DNA of 64,000 nucleotides from an uncultured Porphyromonadaceae bacterium (GTDB lineage Bacteria > Bacteroidota > Bacteroidia > Bacteroidales > Muribaculaceae). Every line of letters begins with the position of its first letter. Within the stretch, counting starts at the first letter, position 1. The position numbers and the translations under genes are program-made. Of the stretch, positions 51,050-62,084 are shown in pieces. The notes beneath the pieces were generated by a model. That model ran no database searches and had not been told where the DNA came from. It was given only the letters and a program-made list of their open reading frames with translations. The stretch covers positions 5,209 to 69,208 of the forward strand of contig CAMWLS010000005.1 in the NCBI GenBank assembly GCA_947175205.1, written 5' to 3'.

Positions 51050-52549
51050 TCAGCTTTTCCAGAACTTGGGAGTCATCAGTACTATCAGGGCAAAGACTTC
51101 CAGACGCCCGGAGAGCATGAGGAATGACATCACCCACTTACCAGTCTCAGGCAAGAAATCGTATGAGCCTGTTACCCCGGTAACACCTGCGCCAAGACCG
51201 TTGTTTGAGGCACATGAAATGGCAGAGAAGAATGCATCCACAATGGGGACATCAAAAGAACACAGCCACAATCCGCCCACAATTATAAGGGATGTATAGA
51301 GGAGCAAGAAGGCAACAATTTCATGCGTTTTTTCAGATGTAACAACCTGATTATTAATTCTTACCGCTTTCATAGTGCGAGGCGATATAAATCTGATTAT
51401 CTCTATCCTGCAGCTCTTTATCAGATAGAGAAGGCGGTCAATCTTTGCTCCACCGGTTGTTGAGCCTGCACATGCGCCAAAGTACATCATGATGATGGTG
51501 CAAACCAGGGCAGTCTCACCCCATAATTCAAAATTCCCGGCACCATATCCTGTGGAAGTCATAGCTGAAATTATATGAAAAATGGGATTTATGGTCAGAT
51601 TCTGCCAGTCACCAGGTTTCCCGGAAAGGAGGATTGAACCCAAAACAATGAGGTAATAAATGAAGATAAATGCCAGATATGCCCTTAACACATCATTCTT
51701 CCATACGTCACGGAACTGTCCTTTCATGGCTGTGTATACCAGTGAGAAATTAACACCACCTATAAACATAAATATGCTCAGAACTACTTTTATATACACA
51801 GAGTCAAAGGCTGCAATGCTTTCATTACGTGTAGAGAATCCACCCGTGGAGATAGCACCAAAAGCCTGACAGACACTTTCAATAAGATTCATGGGGCCAG
51901 CCCACAGCAGAAATATCAGCACAACAGTAAGAATGGAGTATATGCCCCACAACGTTTTAGCTGTATTTGAGATACGCGCACCTATCTTGTCATGTGTAAT
52001 ACCCGTTACCTCAGCATGAAACATGAAAAGTCCCTTGGTATTATTCAGTGACGGTATGATGGATAATGTGAACAGTACTATACCCAGGCCACCGACCCAC
52101 TGCGTCAGTGCTCGCCATATCATTATTCCGTATCCACAAGATTCTATATCTCTTATCACAGTGGCTCCTGTGGTGGTGAAGCCTGACATTGCTTCAAAGA
52201 ATCCTTCACTCACATTCAGATGCGATGAGCCTAGGATAAAAGGCATCATGCCAAAGAAAGAAAACACTATCCACACTACAGAGGTCAGCATACATCCGTC
52301 CTTTCTTCCCATATTCCGGCTCTTAGGATGAATAAGGCTTTTCAGAAGAATGCCGGTCAGGCCTGTTGAGAATGTAGAAATGGTGAATGGCAGCCAGTCA
52401 GCCTCATGCATATAAATGCATACACCCAGGGGTATAAGCATGAAGCAGGCTTCTATAATCAGCATCAGCCCCAACATCTTAAGCTGCATGCTAATATTTA
52501 GGGTCTTGTTGAAAGATGAGGCTTCCGGAGTATACAAAAATTTCTTCAT
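51050..52549 (-). CDS. trkH: Trk potassium uptake membrane subunit
   Basis: Four pore loops: SGFTTTG, STGGF, TSTGY, SNNG; QWVGGLG. Confidence 0.93.
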   Translation of the reverse strand: MKKFLYTPEASSFNKTLNISMQLKMLGLMLIIEACFMLIPLGVCIYMHEADWLPFTISTFSTGLTGILLKSLIHPKSRNMGRKDGCMLTSVVWIVFSFFGMMPFILGSSHLNVSEGFFEAMSGFTTTGATVIRDIESCGYGIMIWRALTQWVGGLGIVLFTLSIIPSLNNTKGLFMFHAEVTGITHDKIGARISNTAKTLWGIYSILTVVLIFLLWAGPMNLIESVCQAFGAISTGGFSTRNESIAAFDSVYIKVVLSIFMFIGGVNFSLVYTAMKGQFRDVWKNDVLRAYLAFIFIYYLIVLGSILLSGKPGDWQNLTINPIFHIISAMTSTGYGAGNFELWGETALVCTIIMMYFGACAGSTTGGAKIDRLLYLIKSCRIEIIRFISPRTMKAVRINNQVVTSEKTHEIVAFLLLYTSLIIVGGLWLCSFDVPIVDAFFSAISCASNNGLGAGVTGVTGSYDFLPETGKWVMSFLMLSGRLEVFALIVLMTPKFWKS

Positions 52550-53883
52550 TTCCTGAAAAATTTTTCAACCTTGCTGAGAGAACCCTTCAGACTGAATATT
52601 ATCACTTCATCACCCGCTCTCAGATGTGTGGCACCACTGACAATCTCGCCCTTTTTATCCCTGATCAGTCCCGCAAAAGTGAGTTCATGCGGCACCTTCA
52701 GTTCCTTTATAGGTGCAGAGGCAAGATAGGAATTATCAGTAATCCTCATTCTCGCAACCTCAGCATGGGTCATGGCAAAACAGCGGGAGGAGTCAGCGTC
52801 TGTCTCAAGAATAAGCTGATAAATGGCATTAGCGGTTATAATGGGCTGATTTATAATAGCCCCGATGCGGAATGACTCGGCCTTGTTTATGAACTGTTTC
52901 TTCTCTATCTCCGCTATTGTTTTCCTGACACCGGCCTCCTTAGCAGTCAGACAAGCAATAATGTTACTCTCAGAGTTCTTAGATAATGCCACAAAAGCAT
53001 CCGCTTTATTGAGGTAAGACTCCTCCATGACGTCCTGTTCACTGGCATCTCCATAAATTATGGTGCATTCAGGACATGCCTCTGCCAGCTCACGGCACTT
53101 GTCAATATCTTTCTCAACAATGGTTACTGCAAATTTATCCCGTGCCATACCTGCCACTAATATTGCAGCCTTGCTACCTCCCATGATGACCACGCGCCTG
53201 ATGCCATAGTCAGCCTTGCCGGTTAGGAAAAGTACTCTGTCTAAGCCGTCTTTTACCAGTGTGATGTACAGTATGTCATTAGGCTGTATGTGGTCATTAC
53301 CACGCGGGATAATGGTGGAGTTATGTCTTCTGAGCGCGGAGATATGAAAAATCTCACTGTCTCCGGCAAGTTTCTTCAGCTGATGGCCCACAATGGGCGC
53401 GTCTTCATCAACACGCACTGCCGCCAAGAGAATGGCACCGTTATTGAACTCATTCCAGCTCCGGCACCAGGGATGTTCCAGGGAGTTCATTATGGTACTG
53501 GCGGCCAGAAAATCAGGATAAACCATATTATCCACCCCCATGCGGCGTACGACTTCAGAATTTGAAGAATCTATGAATTCATAGCGGTCAACCCTGGCTA
53601 TGGTCTTACGGGCTCCCATTGATTTTGCCAGCGCGCATGCCACCAGATTATCAGAGGTGGAAGAGGTTACTGCCACAAATATATCCGCCTTGTCAGCTTT
53701 TGCCTCCCTGAGAATATTAAAATCAGTGGGTGAACCCACAAATGTCCTCATGTTGAAATCTGACTCCAGAACTGACAGCTTCTCAGAATCAGTATCAATG
53801 AGATACACATCCTGGCTTTCACTGGAAAAATACTTAGCAAGATATTTTCCTACTCTTCCGGCACCTACAATAGTAATCTTCAT
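52546..53883 (-). CDS. trkA: Trk potassium uptake regulatory subunit
   Basis: GAGRVG Rossmann motif; two RCK N/C repeats. Confidence 0.93.
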   Translation of the reverse strand: MKITIVGAGRVGKYLAKYFSSESQDVYLIDTDSEKLSVLESDFNMRTFVGSPTDFNILREAKADKADIFVAVTSSTSDNLVACALAKSMGARKTIARVDRYEFIDSSNSEVVRRMGVDNMVYPDFLAASTIMNSLEHPWCRSWNEFNNGAILLAAVRVDEDAPIVGHQLKKLAGDSEIFHISALRRHNSTIIPRGNDHIQPNDILYITLVKDGLDRVLFLTGKADYGIRRVVIMGGSKAAILVAGMARDKFAVTIVEKDIDKCRELAEACPECTIIYGDASEQDVMEESYLNKADAFVALSKNSESNIIACLTAKEAGVRKTIAEIEKKQFINKAESFRIGAIINQPIITANAIYQLILETDADSSRCFAMTHAEVARMRITDNSYLASAPIKELKVPHELTFAGLIRDKKGEIVSGATHLRAGDEVIIFSLKGSLSKVEKFFRK

Positions 53884-54109
53884 CTCCCTTTATAATTTAA
53901 TGTATCACGGCTCTTAACCGTTTTAAACCCAATCTTTTCATAAGCTGTATTGGTATTCAGTGCAAATTTACGTAATTTATATTGTTAAAGCGGGTAGCGG
54001 GATTAAAAATCCATAATCCATTATGTTTTTGATTTAAAATGAAGAATTGTAGAAGCATTTCACTCCAACAAATAATCTGCACAAATGTTATACTAAGAAA
54101 AAAGGAGTT

Positions 54110-54886
54110 ATGGATAACAGTTCATTATTTGATCTTACAGGCAAAGTGGCGGTGGTCACCGGTGCCGGTGATGGGATTGGAAAAGCTTCGGCTCAGATTC
54201 TTGCAGCCGCCGGAGCGTCAGTTGCAGTAAGTGATCTCAATCCGGAAAAGGCTCAGGCAGTAACAGATGAAATATTAGCAGCAGGTGGTAAAAGTGCTGC
54301 CGTAGCATGCAATGTTTTAAATAAGGATGACCTTACAAATTTAATAAGCTTCACCGTCTCCACATTTGGAACCGTCAATATCCTTGTCAACAATGCCGGA
54401 CTTGGCGGAGGGGGACGGGAGAATCCTTATAATATTGACCTTGAATATGTTGAGCGGATTTATGCCATTAATGTATTTGCGCCATGGCAGCTGTGTAAGC
54501 TGGCAGCCCCATATATGGAGAAATCAGGATACGGCAGCATAATTAATATTACATCAATGAGCAGTATCAATAATAGTCCATCCATGGCAATATACGGTTC
54601 ATCTAAAGCGGCACTGAACCATATGGCCTCCAATCTTGCCTTTGATTACGGGCCCATGGGTATCAGAATCAATAATGTAGGCCCCGGTGCCACACGCACG
54701 CGTGCGCTGGCCTCAGTCCTTACGCCTGAGATAGAGGCAAAAATGCTTGCCCATACGCCCATCCACCGGCTTGGGGAAGTATCTGACATAGCCGGAGCCG
54801 TACTGTATTTTGCGGCTCCTGTTTCCGCATGGGTCAGCGGACAGACTCTTATGGTTAATGGTGGCGGAGTTCAAACCTTGGACTAA
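54110..54886 (+). CDS. hdhA: SDR oxidoreductase, probable 7-alpha-hydroxysteroid dehydrogenase
   Basis: TGAGDGIG, NNAG, YGSSK; C-terminus ALASVLTPEIEAKMLAHTPIHRLG...WVSGQTLMVNGGGVQ closely mirrors E. coli HdhA as recalled. Confidence 0.78.
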   Translation: MDNSSLFDLTGKVAVVTGAGDGIGKASAQILAAAGASVAVSDLNPEKAQAVTDEILAAGGKSAAVACNVLNKDDLTNLISFTVSTFGTVNILVNNAGLGGGGRENPYNIDLEYVERIYAINVFAPWQLCKLAAPYMEKSGYGSIINITSMSSINNSPSMAIYGSSKAALNHMASNLAFDYGPMGIRINNVGPGATRTRALASVLTPEIEAKMLAHTPIHRLGEVSDIAGAVLYFAAPVSAWVSGQTLMVNGGGVQTLD

Positions 54887-55015
54887 AAAATACATGGTCA
54901 ACCCAACCTAATAAAGGAGTGAGTGTCAGAAGTTTTCAAGATTCTGCCACTCACTCACTGTTCAGATTGAGGATAATTAAAACTCAGTCTCTGCTGAGAG
55001 GAGTTTATTATATTA

Positions 55016-55894
55016 TCAAGCTGTCAGTTCAGGTGGGAGGATGGGCATGGCGCCTTTCTTGGTACAAACATAAGCTGATGTCTGTACTGCAAGAGCATGA
55101 GCTTCCGGAACTGTCTTACCTTTAAGAATTGAGGCTATGAAGGCAGCGGTGAAGCTGTCACCGGCCCCAACTGTATCTGCCACCTCAACTGATGGCGTGG
55201 GCTGGAAGGATACGTGCCCGGGGGTGAACACGTAACTTCCATTTATGCCACAAGTAAGTATGAGCATCTTAAGATTATATTTACCCAGAAGTATCCAGCA
55301 TTTATCCTGGAGGTCAATTCCGGGATAGCCAAACATACGGCTAATGATTACCAGCTCCTCATCATTCAATTTCATGATGTTACACCGCTCCATGGAGTTG
55401 CACAGGATTTCCTTATTGTAGAATCCCTGACGGAGGTTTATGTCAAAGACCACCAGATTATCTTCACTCTGGGGCATGGCGTCCAGGAAACGGTTGATGG
55501 TGCTACGTGATACTACATTACGCTGGGCGAGAGAACCGAAACACACGGCTTTTGTTCTTCCGGCAAGAGATTCAAGAGGTGCTGTGTAAGGGATATTGTC
55601 CCAGGCCACATTTTCCTTGATTTCGTATTGCGGAACTCCGGCCTGGTCTATTTCCACCTGCACTGTACCTGTGGGATAAGGGACCTCTGCTATAAGCTGG
55701 TTAAGACCTTTTGATGTAAAATTCTCAACTATCTCCTTGCCCAAAGCGTCATCACCCACTGCACTGACCACGCAGCTGGGTAGTCCGAACTGTGAAACGT
55801 GATAGGCAAAATTGGCCGGTGCGCCTCCAATTTTCTTACCTTCAGGAAGTACATCCCATAAGGCTTCACCCATTCCTACAACTAAGTTATTCAT
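55016..55894 (-). CDS. Fructokinase (PfkB family)
   Basis: GGAPANFA, DTVGAGDSF; start refined to 55894; fructan PUL context. Confidence 0.9.
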   Translation of the reverse strand: MNNLVVGMGEALWDVLPEGKKIGGAPANFAYHVSQFGLPSCVVSAVGDDALGKEIVENFTSKGLNQLIAEVPYPTGTVQVEIDQAGVPQYEIKENVAWDNIPYTAPLESLAGRTKAVCFGSLAQRNVVSRSTINRFLDAMPQSEDNLVVFDINLRQGFYNKEILCNSMERCNIMKLNDEELVIISRMFGYPGIDLQDKCWILLGKYNLKMLILTCGINGSYVFTPGHVSFQPTPSVEVADTVGAGDSFTAAFIASILKGKTVPEAHALAVQTSAYVCTKKGAMPILPPELTA

Positions 55895-55925
55895 GTTGAT
55901 TTTGGTTAGATTATAATTAGTTAAT

Positions 55926-57104
55926 TTATATTTTCTTGATTTTAAACGTGTAATACAGCAGATAAGCCACACCGGCGGTCATCACGGCCACAGCTCCAAC
56001 CTGGCCCACAGCATCAGCGGCATAACCCATGGCGAGTGGGAATACTGTACCTCCAAAGAGGCCCATAATCATAAGACCTGACACCTCATTCTTTTCATTA
56101 GGCGTATGTACCAGCGCTTGTGAGAATACTACTGAGAAGATATTGGAGTTACCAAATCCTATAAGACCTATACCGGCATACAGCGGTGTAAGAGTGTCAC
56201 TTACAAAGAGGATACACATTCCGGCCAGCATCATCACCACGCTAATGGCAAAGAATATCTTGGCAGACATGGACCTGAGGATGAAAGCGCCAAGGAAGCA
56301 GCCTATGGTACGGAATATGAAATAAATACCAGTGGCAAAGCCGGCTTCCTCAAGCGGAAGGCCCAGGCGTTCCATGATGATTTTTGGGGCGGTAGTATTA
56401 GTACCTACATCTATGCCCACATGACACATGATGCCAATGAAGCACAGAAGTATGAACGGGCGTCCCAGCAGTATGAGACATTCCCTGATGCCTGAAGATT
56501 TGTCAGGCTTCTCCTCCTCAATGGGAGTGGCCGCCAGAAGAGAGATGGACAGCAGGCTGACAACGGCGTAGATGATGAACAGCACTCTCCAGCCGAGATT
56601 GAAAGTGGGGAACAGTGTGGTGGCACCCCAGGCAGCGATTATGGGCGCAAGGAATGAGGCTATGGCCTTTACAAACTGACCAAATGTAAGAGTGGACGCA
56701 AGCTTGTCACTGCTAATGAGATTGGTTACCAAGGGGTTAAGTGAAGTCTGCATGATGGCGTTACCTATACCCAGAAGAGAGAATGACAGGAGCATCACCG
56801 CATAACTCTTACCAAATGCAGGTATAAACAGTGATATTGCAGTAATGATGATACTAATCAGGACCGTATTCTTTCTGCCAATCTTATTCATCAGCATACC
56901 CGTGGGTACTGAGAAAATGAGAAACCAGAAGAAAACGAGAGAAGGGAACAGATTTGCCTGAGAGTCTGTCAGACCCAGGTCTTTCTGCACGTAATTTGAT
57001 GCTGTGCCCACAAGATCCACAAATCCCATTACAAAGAAGCATAGCATCACCGGGATTATCTGAAGCAGGAAGGACTTCCTGTTTGTGACAAGTGATTGTG
57101 CCAT
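55926..57104 (-). CDS. MFS sugar transporter (FucP-like, probable fructose permease)
   Basis: About 12 TM helices; lies between the GH32 and fructokinase genes. Confidence 0.85.
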   Translation of the reverse strand: MAQSLVTNRKSFLLQIIPVMLCFFVMGFVDLVGTASNYVQKDLGLTDSQANLFPSLVFFWFLIFSVPTGMLMNKIGRKNTVLISIIITAISLFIPAFGKSYAVMLLSFSLLGIGNAIMQTSLNPLVTNLISSDKLASTLTFGQFVKAIASFLAPIIAAWGATTLFPTFNLGWRVLFIIYAVVSLLSISLLAATPIEEEKPDKSSGIRECLILLGRPFILLCFIGIMCHVGIDVGTNTTAPKIIMERLGLPLEEAGFATGIYFIFRTIGCFLGAFILRSMSAKIFFAISVVMMLAGMCILFVSDTLTPLYAGIGLIGFGNSNIFSVVFSQALVHTPNEKNEVSGLMIMGLFGGTVFPLAMGYAADAVGQVGAVAVMTAGVAYLLYYTFKIKKI

Positions 57105-57136
57105 ATAAGTTTTATTATGAAGTTAAATTTTCCTGG

Positions 57137-58972
57137 TTACTTAATTGAATATATTTTCAGATTCTCAACAGTGGTATTTCCGCCCTGTGATGATATTGAC
57201 AGTTTGTTATAAGGCTCGTTGGGGAATACAAGATTAGTCATAACAAAACGTCCTTCATCACCGAAAACCTCAACACTTGACTTGTCCACATATATTCTGA
57301 GGCTAATCTTTCTGTCATTTTCAAAAGTGGGAGCAACTGTGACTGCGGGGAAATCCTGACTGAAGTCCACTATACCGCTATTGCGGCGGTCCAAGGACAG
57401 CGTATGAGCGTTGACATCATACTGCATCACTACTTTTTCGCCGGAGGGATTAATCAATTCAATATCAACGGTCTTGGATTTACGGGCGTCAATATCAAAT
57501 GTTATTTCACATACACCGCCATTATCTGCGGGAAGATTGAATATACGCGCTTTGCTCCCGATATTTGCCTTTTTTACATTCAGAGTGGTTTTTCCGCGCA
57601 GAGCCACAAGCTCAGGCGAGGGTGTGGAAGAAAGATAAATCCTTCCATCCGGACCTTTAAAGAGTCCAACTTCTCTGGGAAGAGTGTTTGCACTGCGGAA
57701 CTGCATGGTGGGAACTTCTGCGGCATACTGCCAGTTACTCATCCACCCAATGACAGTGCGACGGTTGTCAGGAGCATTGCTCCAGCTGACTGTTGCGTAA
57801 TGGTCTTTACCAAAGTCCATCCACTTGGTGGGAATATTACCGTCAGCATCAGTGTCGGCCACAAATGTCTTGCCGTCAAAGTCACCCACAAAATACTGTG
57901 TGGCGCTGCCTCCAAAAGGACCACCGGGATTAAGGTTACATATGAGCACCCATTTTTCTTCACCGGTACCATCCACGGGAAGACGGAAAAGGTCAGGACA
58001 TTCCCATACACCATCCTGAGCACCGATGCCTTTGCCGAATGCGCTCTCCAGAGTCCATTCCTTCATATCCGGTGAGGTGAAGATAAGCATCTCGTGATCA
58101 AGGGCGTGGGCCAGAAGAAGCACCCAGCGGTTATTTTCAGCGTCCCAGAACATATTTGGGTCACGGGCTTCAGACTCCAGTGTTATTACAGGATTAGCGG
58201 GATAGAACTCAAAAGTCTCTCCATTGTCATTACTCCATACCAGGCTCTGAGTCTGGCTTGCGTCTGCTGACGTATAAAGGCCCAGAACGGCATTGTTTCC
58301 GTAGCCCGCAGTATTGCCGGGATCAAGAGCGCTGCTTCCGCTGAACACCATACCGAGCCCGTTGGGTTCAAGAGCCACGGGGTGAACATCCCAGTTAACA
58401 AGGTCTTTTGAGGTAGAGTGGCCCCACGAAAGGTTCTGCCATTTTGATCCGTAGGGGTTGAGCTGATAATAAAGATGCCATACGCCATCCTTATAGAACA
58501 TACCGTTAGGGTCATTCATCCAGCCGTAAAGTGGTGTATGGTGATATGCCGGACGATACTTCTCTCTGTTTGAGGTATCAAAAGTATCAGACAGCGACAT
58601 ATTTTTCCAGCAAACATCGTTTTTGGCCTCACGTACTGTTGATCGGCTCTGAGTTGTTATAATATTCAGTACCACTTCCTGCCCGTTATACGGTGACAAA
58701 TCCAGCGGAACAAAGTAATCAACCTTGCTTTTTGCCAGACGCACATTGATGGTCTTTTCTATCTTGCCGTCCACCAGAATATTTATCTTTTCATCATCGC
58801 TTGACTCCTGTACGGGGAGGAGGAGATATTTCCCGTCACCGGTAATACGCACCAGAGTGTTGGACACACCCAGATGATTAACCTCCACCCCTTCGGAGGC
58901 AAATACTTTCGGTACGGGTGTTGCCATGCCCAGCATCATAATTACCGCAATTCCTTTTATTATCCTTTTCAT
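57137..58972 (-). CDS. GH32 beta-fructofuranosidase/levanase with N-terminal DUF4980-like domain
   Basis: WMNDPNG, RDP, WECPD; signal peptide. Confidence 0.95.
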   Translation of the reverse strand: MKRIIKGIAVIMMLGMATPVPKVFASEGVEVNHLGVSNTLVRITGDGKYLLLPVQESSDDEKINILVDGKIEKTINVRLAKSKVDYFVPLDLSPYNGQEVVLNIITTQSRSTVREAKNDVCWKNMSLSDTFDTSNREKYRPAYHHTPLYGWMNDPNGMFYKDGVWHLYYQLNPYGSKWQNLSWGHSTSKDLVNWDVHPVALEPNGLGMVFSGSSALDPGNTAGYGNNAVLGLYTSADASQTQSLVWSNDNGETFEFYPANPVITLESEARDPNMFWDAENNRWVLLLAHALDHEMLIFTSPDMKEWTLESAFGKGIGAQDGVWECPDLFRLPVDGTGEEKWVLICNLNPGGPFGGSATQYFVGDFDGKTFVADTDADGNIPTKWMDFGKDHYATVSWSNAPDNRRTVIGWMSNWQYAAEVPTMQFRSANTLPREVGLFKGPDGRIYLSSTPSPELVALRGKTTLNVKKANIGSKARIFNLPADNGGVCEITFDIDARKSKTVDIELINPSGEKVVMQYDVNAHTLSLDRRNSGIVDFSQDFPAVTVAPTFENDRKISLRIYVDKSSVEVFGDEGRFVMTNLVFPNEPYNKLSISSQGGNTTVENLKIYSIK

Positions 58973-59122
58973 AATCTGTTATTATTTAATTTAAAGTCAA
59001 ACCAGTAAACAATCTTTTTTACCTTAGAGCACCTTCTTTCTTACCTTAAATCTTTAACCTTTAATCAAATTAACCAAACCTTGTATACTTTTAATAGCGC
59101 AACCTTATTCGTGTTTGTATCG

Positions 59123-59220
59123 CAAAGCTACTATATAACACATTTATAAACTATAAAAAATCGTGCATATGGTATCAATTATGTTGTGATGCCCGATTTT
59201 TAATAACTTATACACAATTT
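59123..59220 (-). promoter_or_regulatory. GH32 operon promoter with paired candidate HTCS operator
   Basis: TAGCTTTG at 59123-59130; AAAAATCGGGCAT (59189-59201) and AAATTGTGTAT (59210-59220), 21 nt apart. Confidence 0.6.
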
Positions 59221-59269
59221 TCATGGGATAATGGTTAACTTTGTGAAAACACTCTGACCATACACTACC

Positions 59270-61999
59270 ATGAAAAGGTTTTTTACATACGGCATTGTTC
59301 TGTTAATAATTATGACCCTATGCGGTTGCGCGGAAAGAAAAGTTTACAAAATAGGCGTTTCTCAATGTAGTCAGGATGACTGGCGTGCCAAGATGAATGA
59401 TGAAATCAACCGTGAGATAATGTTTCACGAAGACGCCGTGGTTGAAATACGCTCAGCTGATGACAGCAATGCAAAACAGATTGAGGACATACAGTATTTT
59501 GTTGAGAATGGCTTTGATATAATCATTGTGTCACCTAATGAGGCTGAGGCACTGACGCCGGTAATAAAGAAGGTACATGACTCAGGCATCCCGGTGGTTA
59601 TTTTTGACAGAAACATAAACAGTGAAGACTATACAGTCCGCATAGGCGTAGATGATAAAGGAATAGGAAAATCTGCCGCCCGCTATGCTTACCACCTGTT
59701 AGGAGACAGTGCCCGCGCCATAGAAATATACGGCCGTAAAGGCTCTACACCGGCGGAAGACCGTCACAGCGGCTTTGCCAAGGAATTTGAATCACTCGGC
59801 GGCACATTGCTGGCAAGTGTCCCGGCTAACTGGAATAAGGAGGAGGCGAGTCCCGTGGTTGATTCATTGTTAAGGATTTATGATGACGTAGATCTTATCT
59901 ATGCACATAATGACCGTATGGCCATAGGTGCTTCTGAGGTGGCACACAGATTAGGCCGCGATGACATTAAAATAATAGGTATTGACGCTGCGCCAAATAT
60001 AGGAATACAGGCTGTGGCTGACAGCGTCATAGATGCAACGTTCCTCTATCCCACAGAGGGCCACAGAATAATCCAGACAGCTCTTGCCATTTTGAAGAAT
60101 GAGCCATACAACAAGCAGACCGTGATTCCGGCGTCATCTGCGGTGGACTTGTCAAATGCTGACATCCTGCTTCTTCAGAATGAAGCCTTGCAGAACGAAA
60201 CCAGCAAGATGAGGCTGCTCAAAACAAGAATTGATGACTACTGGGCCCAGCACTCTTCACAGACATCACTCTTTTACGCCAGCATTGCTATCATAATACT
60301 CCTTTTCGGAATCGGTTTCCTCTTGCTCCGGGCTTATTGGCAGCGTAGCAGACATCAGAAAGAACTTATGGCGCAAAACAGGCTTCTGGAAGAAGAACGC
60401 GACAAACAAAAGCTTCTTAATGAGCAACTCCAGGAAGCCACACAGTCAAAGCTCATGTTCTTCACCAATGTCTCCCATGACTTGCGCACGCCTCTTACAC
60501 TCATATCTGAGCCCGTGGCTCAACTTGCTGAAGCTGACAATCTCACAACCCAGCAAAAGACCTTGATGAAGATTGCAGATAAGAATGTCAAGATTCTGCA
60601 ACGACTTATAAATCAGATTCTTGATTTCCGCAAATATGAGAACGGGAAACTAAACATAAACCTGTCAGAGACAGATTTCAACAAGTCAGTACGTGACTGG
60701 ATGGAGTCTTTTTACGCCATAGCCAAGAAACGCGACATTAAACTGACGCTGGAAGGGCCGGACCGGCCCATACCCATGGCTATTGACCCGGAAAAAGTGG
60801 AACGTGTATTTTTTAACCTCCTCTCAAATGCAATCAAGTACACACCTGATAACGGCTCCATAACCGTTTCATACACCTTCAATGAATCCAATCTGACTTT
60901 CAGCGTAAAAGACAGTGGAGAAGGAATAAGTGAATCAGAGCTGGATAAAATCTTTGACAGGTTTTATCAGGTGGACCGTATTCATCCCAAAGGCTCTGGA
61001 ATAGGGCTCTCGCTTGCAAAGGCATTTGTGGAACTCCACGGGGGCACAATTAGCGTGGAAAGCACTCTTAACAAGGGCTCAGTCTTTACCGTCACTCTGC
61101 CTGTAAGGCATATTTCAGCTGAGCCGGTTAATGCTGTCAAGCGCATTGAGGGGGCTGATGTTGTGGCTGAACTTGAAAACATAGAATGTGATATTTCATT
61201 TGACACAGGTAAGCCCATAGTCCTGGTTATTGATGACAATAAAGACATCCAGAAACTGGTGGGAGAATTATTAAGCGCTGATTATAATATAATTACAGCT
61301 TCAAACGGAAAAGAAGGAGTCCGCATGGCCGCAAGATATGTGCCGGACCTCATCATCTGTGACGTCATGATGCCCGTAATGGACGGTCTGGAGTGTTGCC
61401 GCCGCATTAAAAATGAGATATCCACCTCTCACATCCCCGTGCTGATGCTCACTGCATGCTCAATGGATGAGCAGAGGGCACAAGGCTATGACAGTGGTGC
61501 AGACGGCTACCTCTCAAAACCGTTCAACAGCAAAGTCCTTAAGTCCAGATGTTCAAGTCTTATTGAAAATAGAAAACGCATTAAGGAGCTATGGACGTCA
61601 GCGGTAGTTGTTAAAGAGAGCCATAATGAGGAAAAGAGTCAGCCCGCAGCGCAAGTGACCGGCCGGGATATAGACAATGAATTTTATAACCGCTTCCTGA
61701 GCATATTCCGGGAGGAAATGGGTAATGCGGCCCTGAGTGTTGATCTGCTGGCTTCAAAAATGGGACTTGAGCGCTCACAGTTTTACCGCAAGATTAAGGC
61801 GCTTACAAATTATGCCCCTGTTGAGCTCATGCGCCGCCTTAGACTGCAGCGCGGCAGGACCCTTATAACCACCACTGACAAGACCATAAGTGAGATTGCA
61901 TATGAAATAGGATTCTCTACACCGGCGTATTTCACTAAGTGTTATCGCGATGCTTATGGTGAGACGCCCACTGAGGTCCGCAGCAAGCTTACTGAGTAA
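59270..61999 (+). CDS. Hybrid two-component sensor-regulator with periplasmic sugar-binding domain (BT1754-type fructose sensor)
   Basis: PBP1 domain (YAHNDRMA), TM, SHDLRTPL, GSGIGL, REC DVMMP, AraC GFSTPAYFTKCY. Confidence 0.92.
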   Translation: MKRFFTYGIVLLIIMTLCGCAERKVYKIGVSQCSQDDWRAKMNDEINREIMFHEDAVVEIRSADDSNAKQIEDIQYFVENGFDIIIVSPNEAEALTPVIKKVHDSGIPVVIFDRNINSEDYTVRIGVDDKGIGKSAARYAYHLLGDSARAIEIYGRKGSTPAEDRHSGFAKEFESLGGTLLASVPANWNKEEASPVVDSLLRIYDDVDLIYAHNDRMAIGASEVAHRLGRDDIKIIGIDAAPNIGIQAVADSVIDATFLYPTEGHRIIQTALAILKNEPYNKQTVIPASSAVDLSNADILLLQNEALQNETSKMRLLKTRIDDYWAQHSSQTSLFYASIAIIILLFGIGFLLLRAYWQRSRHQKELMAQNRLLEEERDKQKLLNEQLQEATQSKLMFFTNVSHDLRTPLTLISEPVAQLAEADNLTTQQKTLMKIADKNVKILQRLINQILDFRKYENGKLNINLSETDFNKSVRDWMESFYAIAKKRDIKLTLEGPDRPIPMAIDPEKVERVFFNLLSNAIKYTPDNGSITVSYTFNESNLTFSVKDSGEGISESELDKIFDRFYQVDRIHPKGSGIGLSLAKAFVELHGGTISVESTLNKGSVFTVTLPVRHISAEPVNAVKRIEGADVVAELENIECDISFDTGKPIVLVIDDNKDIQKLVGELLSADYNIITASNGKEGVRMAARYVPDLIICDVMMPVMDGLECCRRIKNEISTSHIPVLMLTACSMDEQRAQGYDSGADGYLSKPFNSKVLKSRCSSLIENRKRIKELWTSAVVVKESHNEEKSQPAAQVTGRDIDNEFYNRFLSIFREEMGNAALSVDLLASKMGLERSQFYRKIKALTNYAPVELMRRLRLQRGRTLITTTDKTISEIAYEIGFSTPAYFTKCYRDAYGETPTEVRSKLTE

Positions 62000-62026
62000 G
62001 ACCACGTCCCAACACCAATAGTCCAC

Positions 62027-62068
62027 AGACCCTGTTCCCGTAATTTGTTAATCACGAGAACGGGGTCT
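62027..62068 (+). terminator. Imperfect hairpin after the HTCS gene
   Basis: AGACCCTGTTCCCGT...ACGAGAACGGGGTCT; no clear U-tract. Confidence 0.4.
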
Positions 62069-62084
62069 TAGCGTATATTATTAT

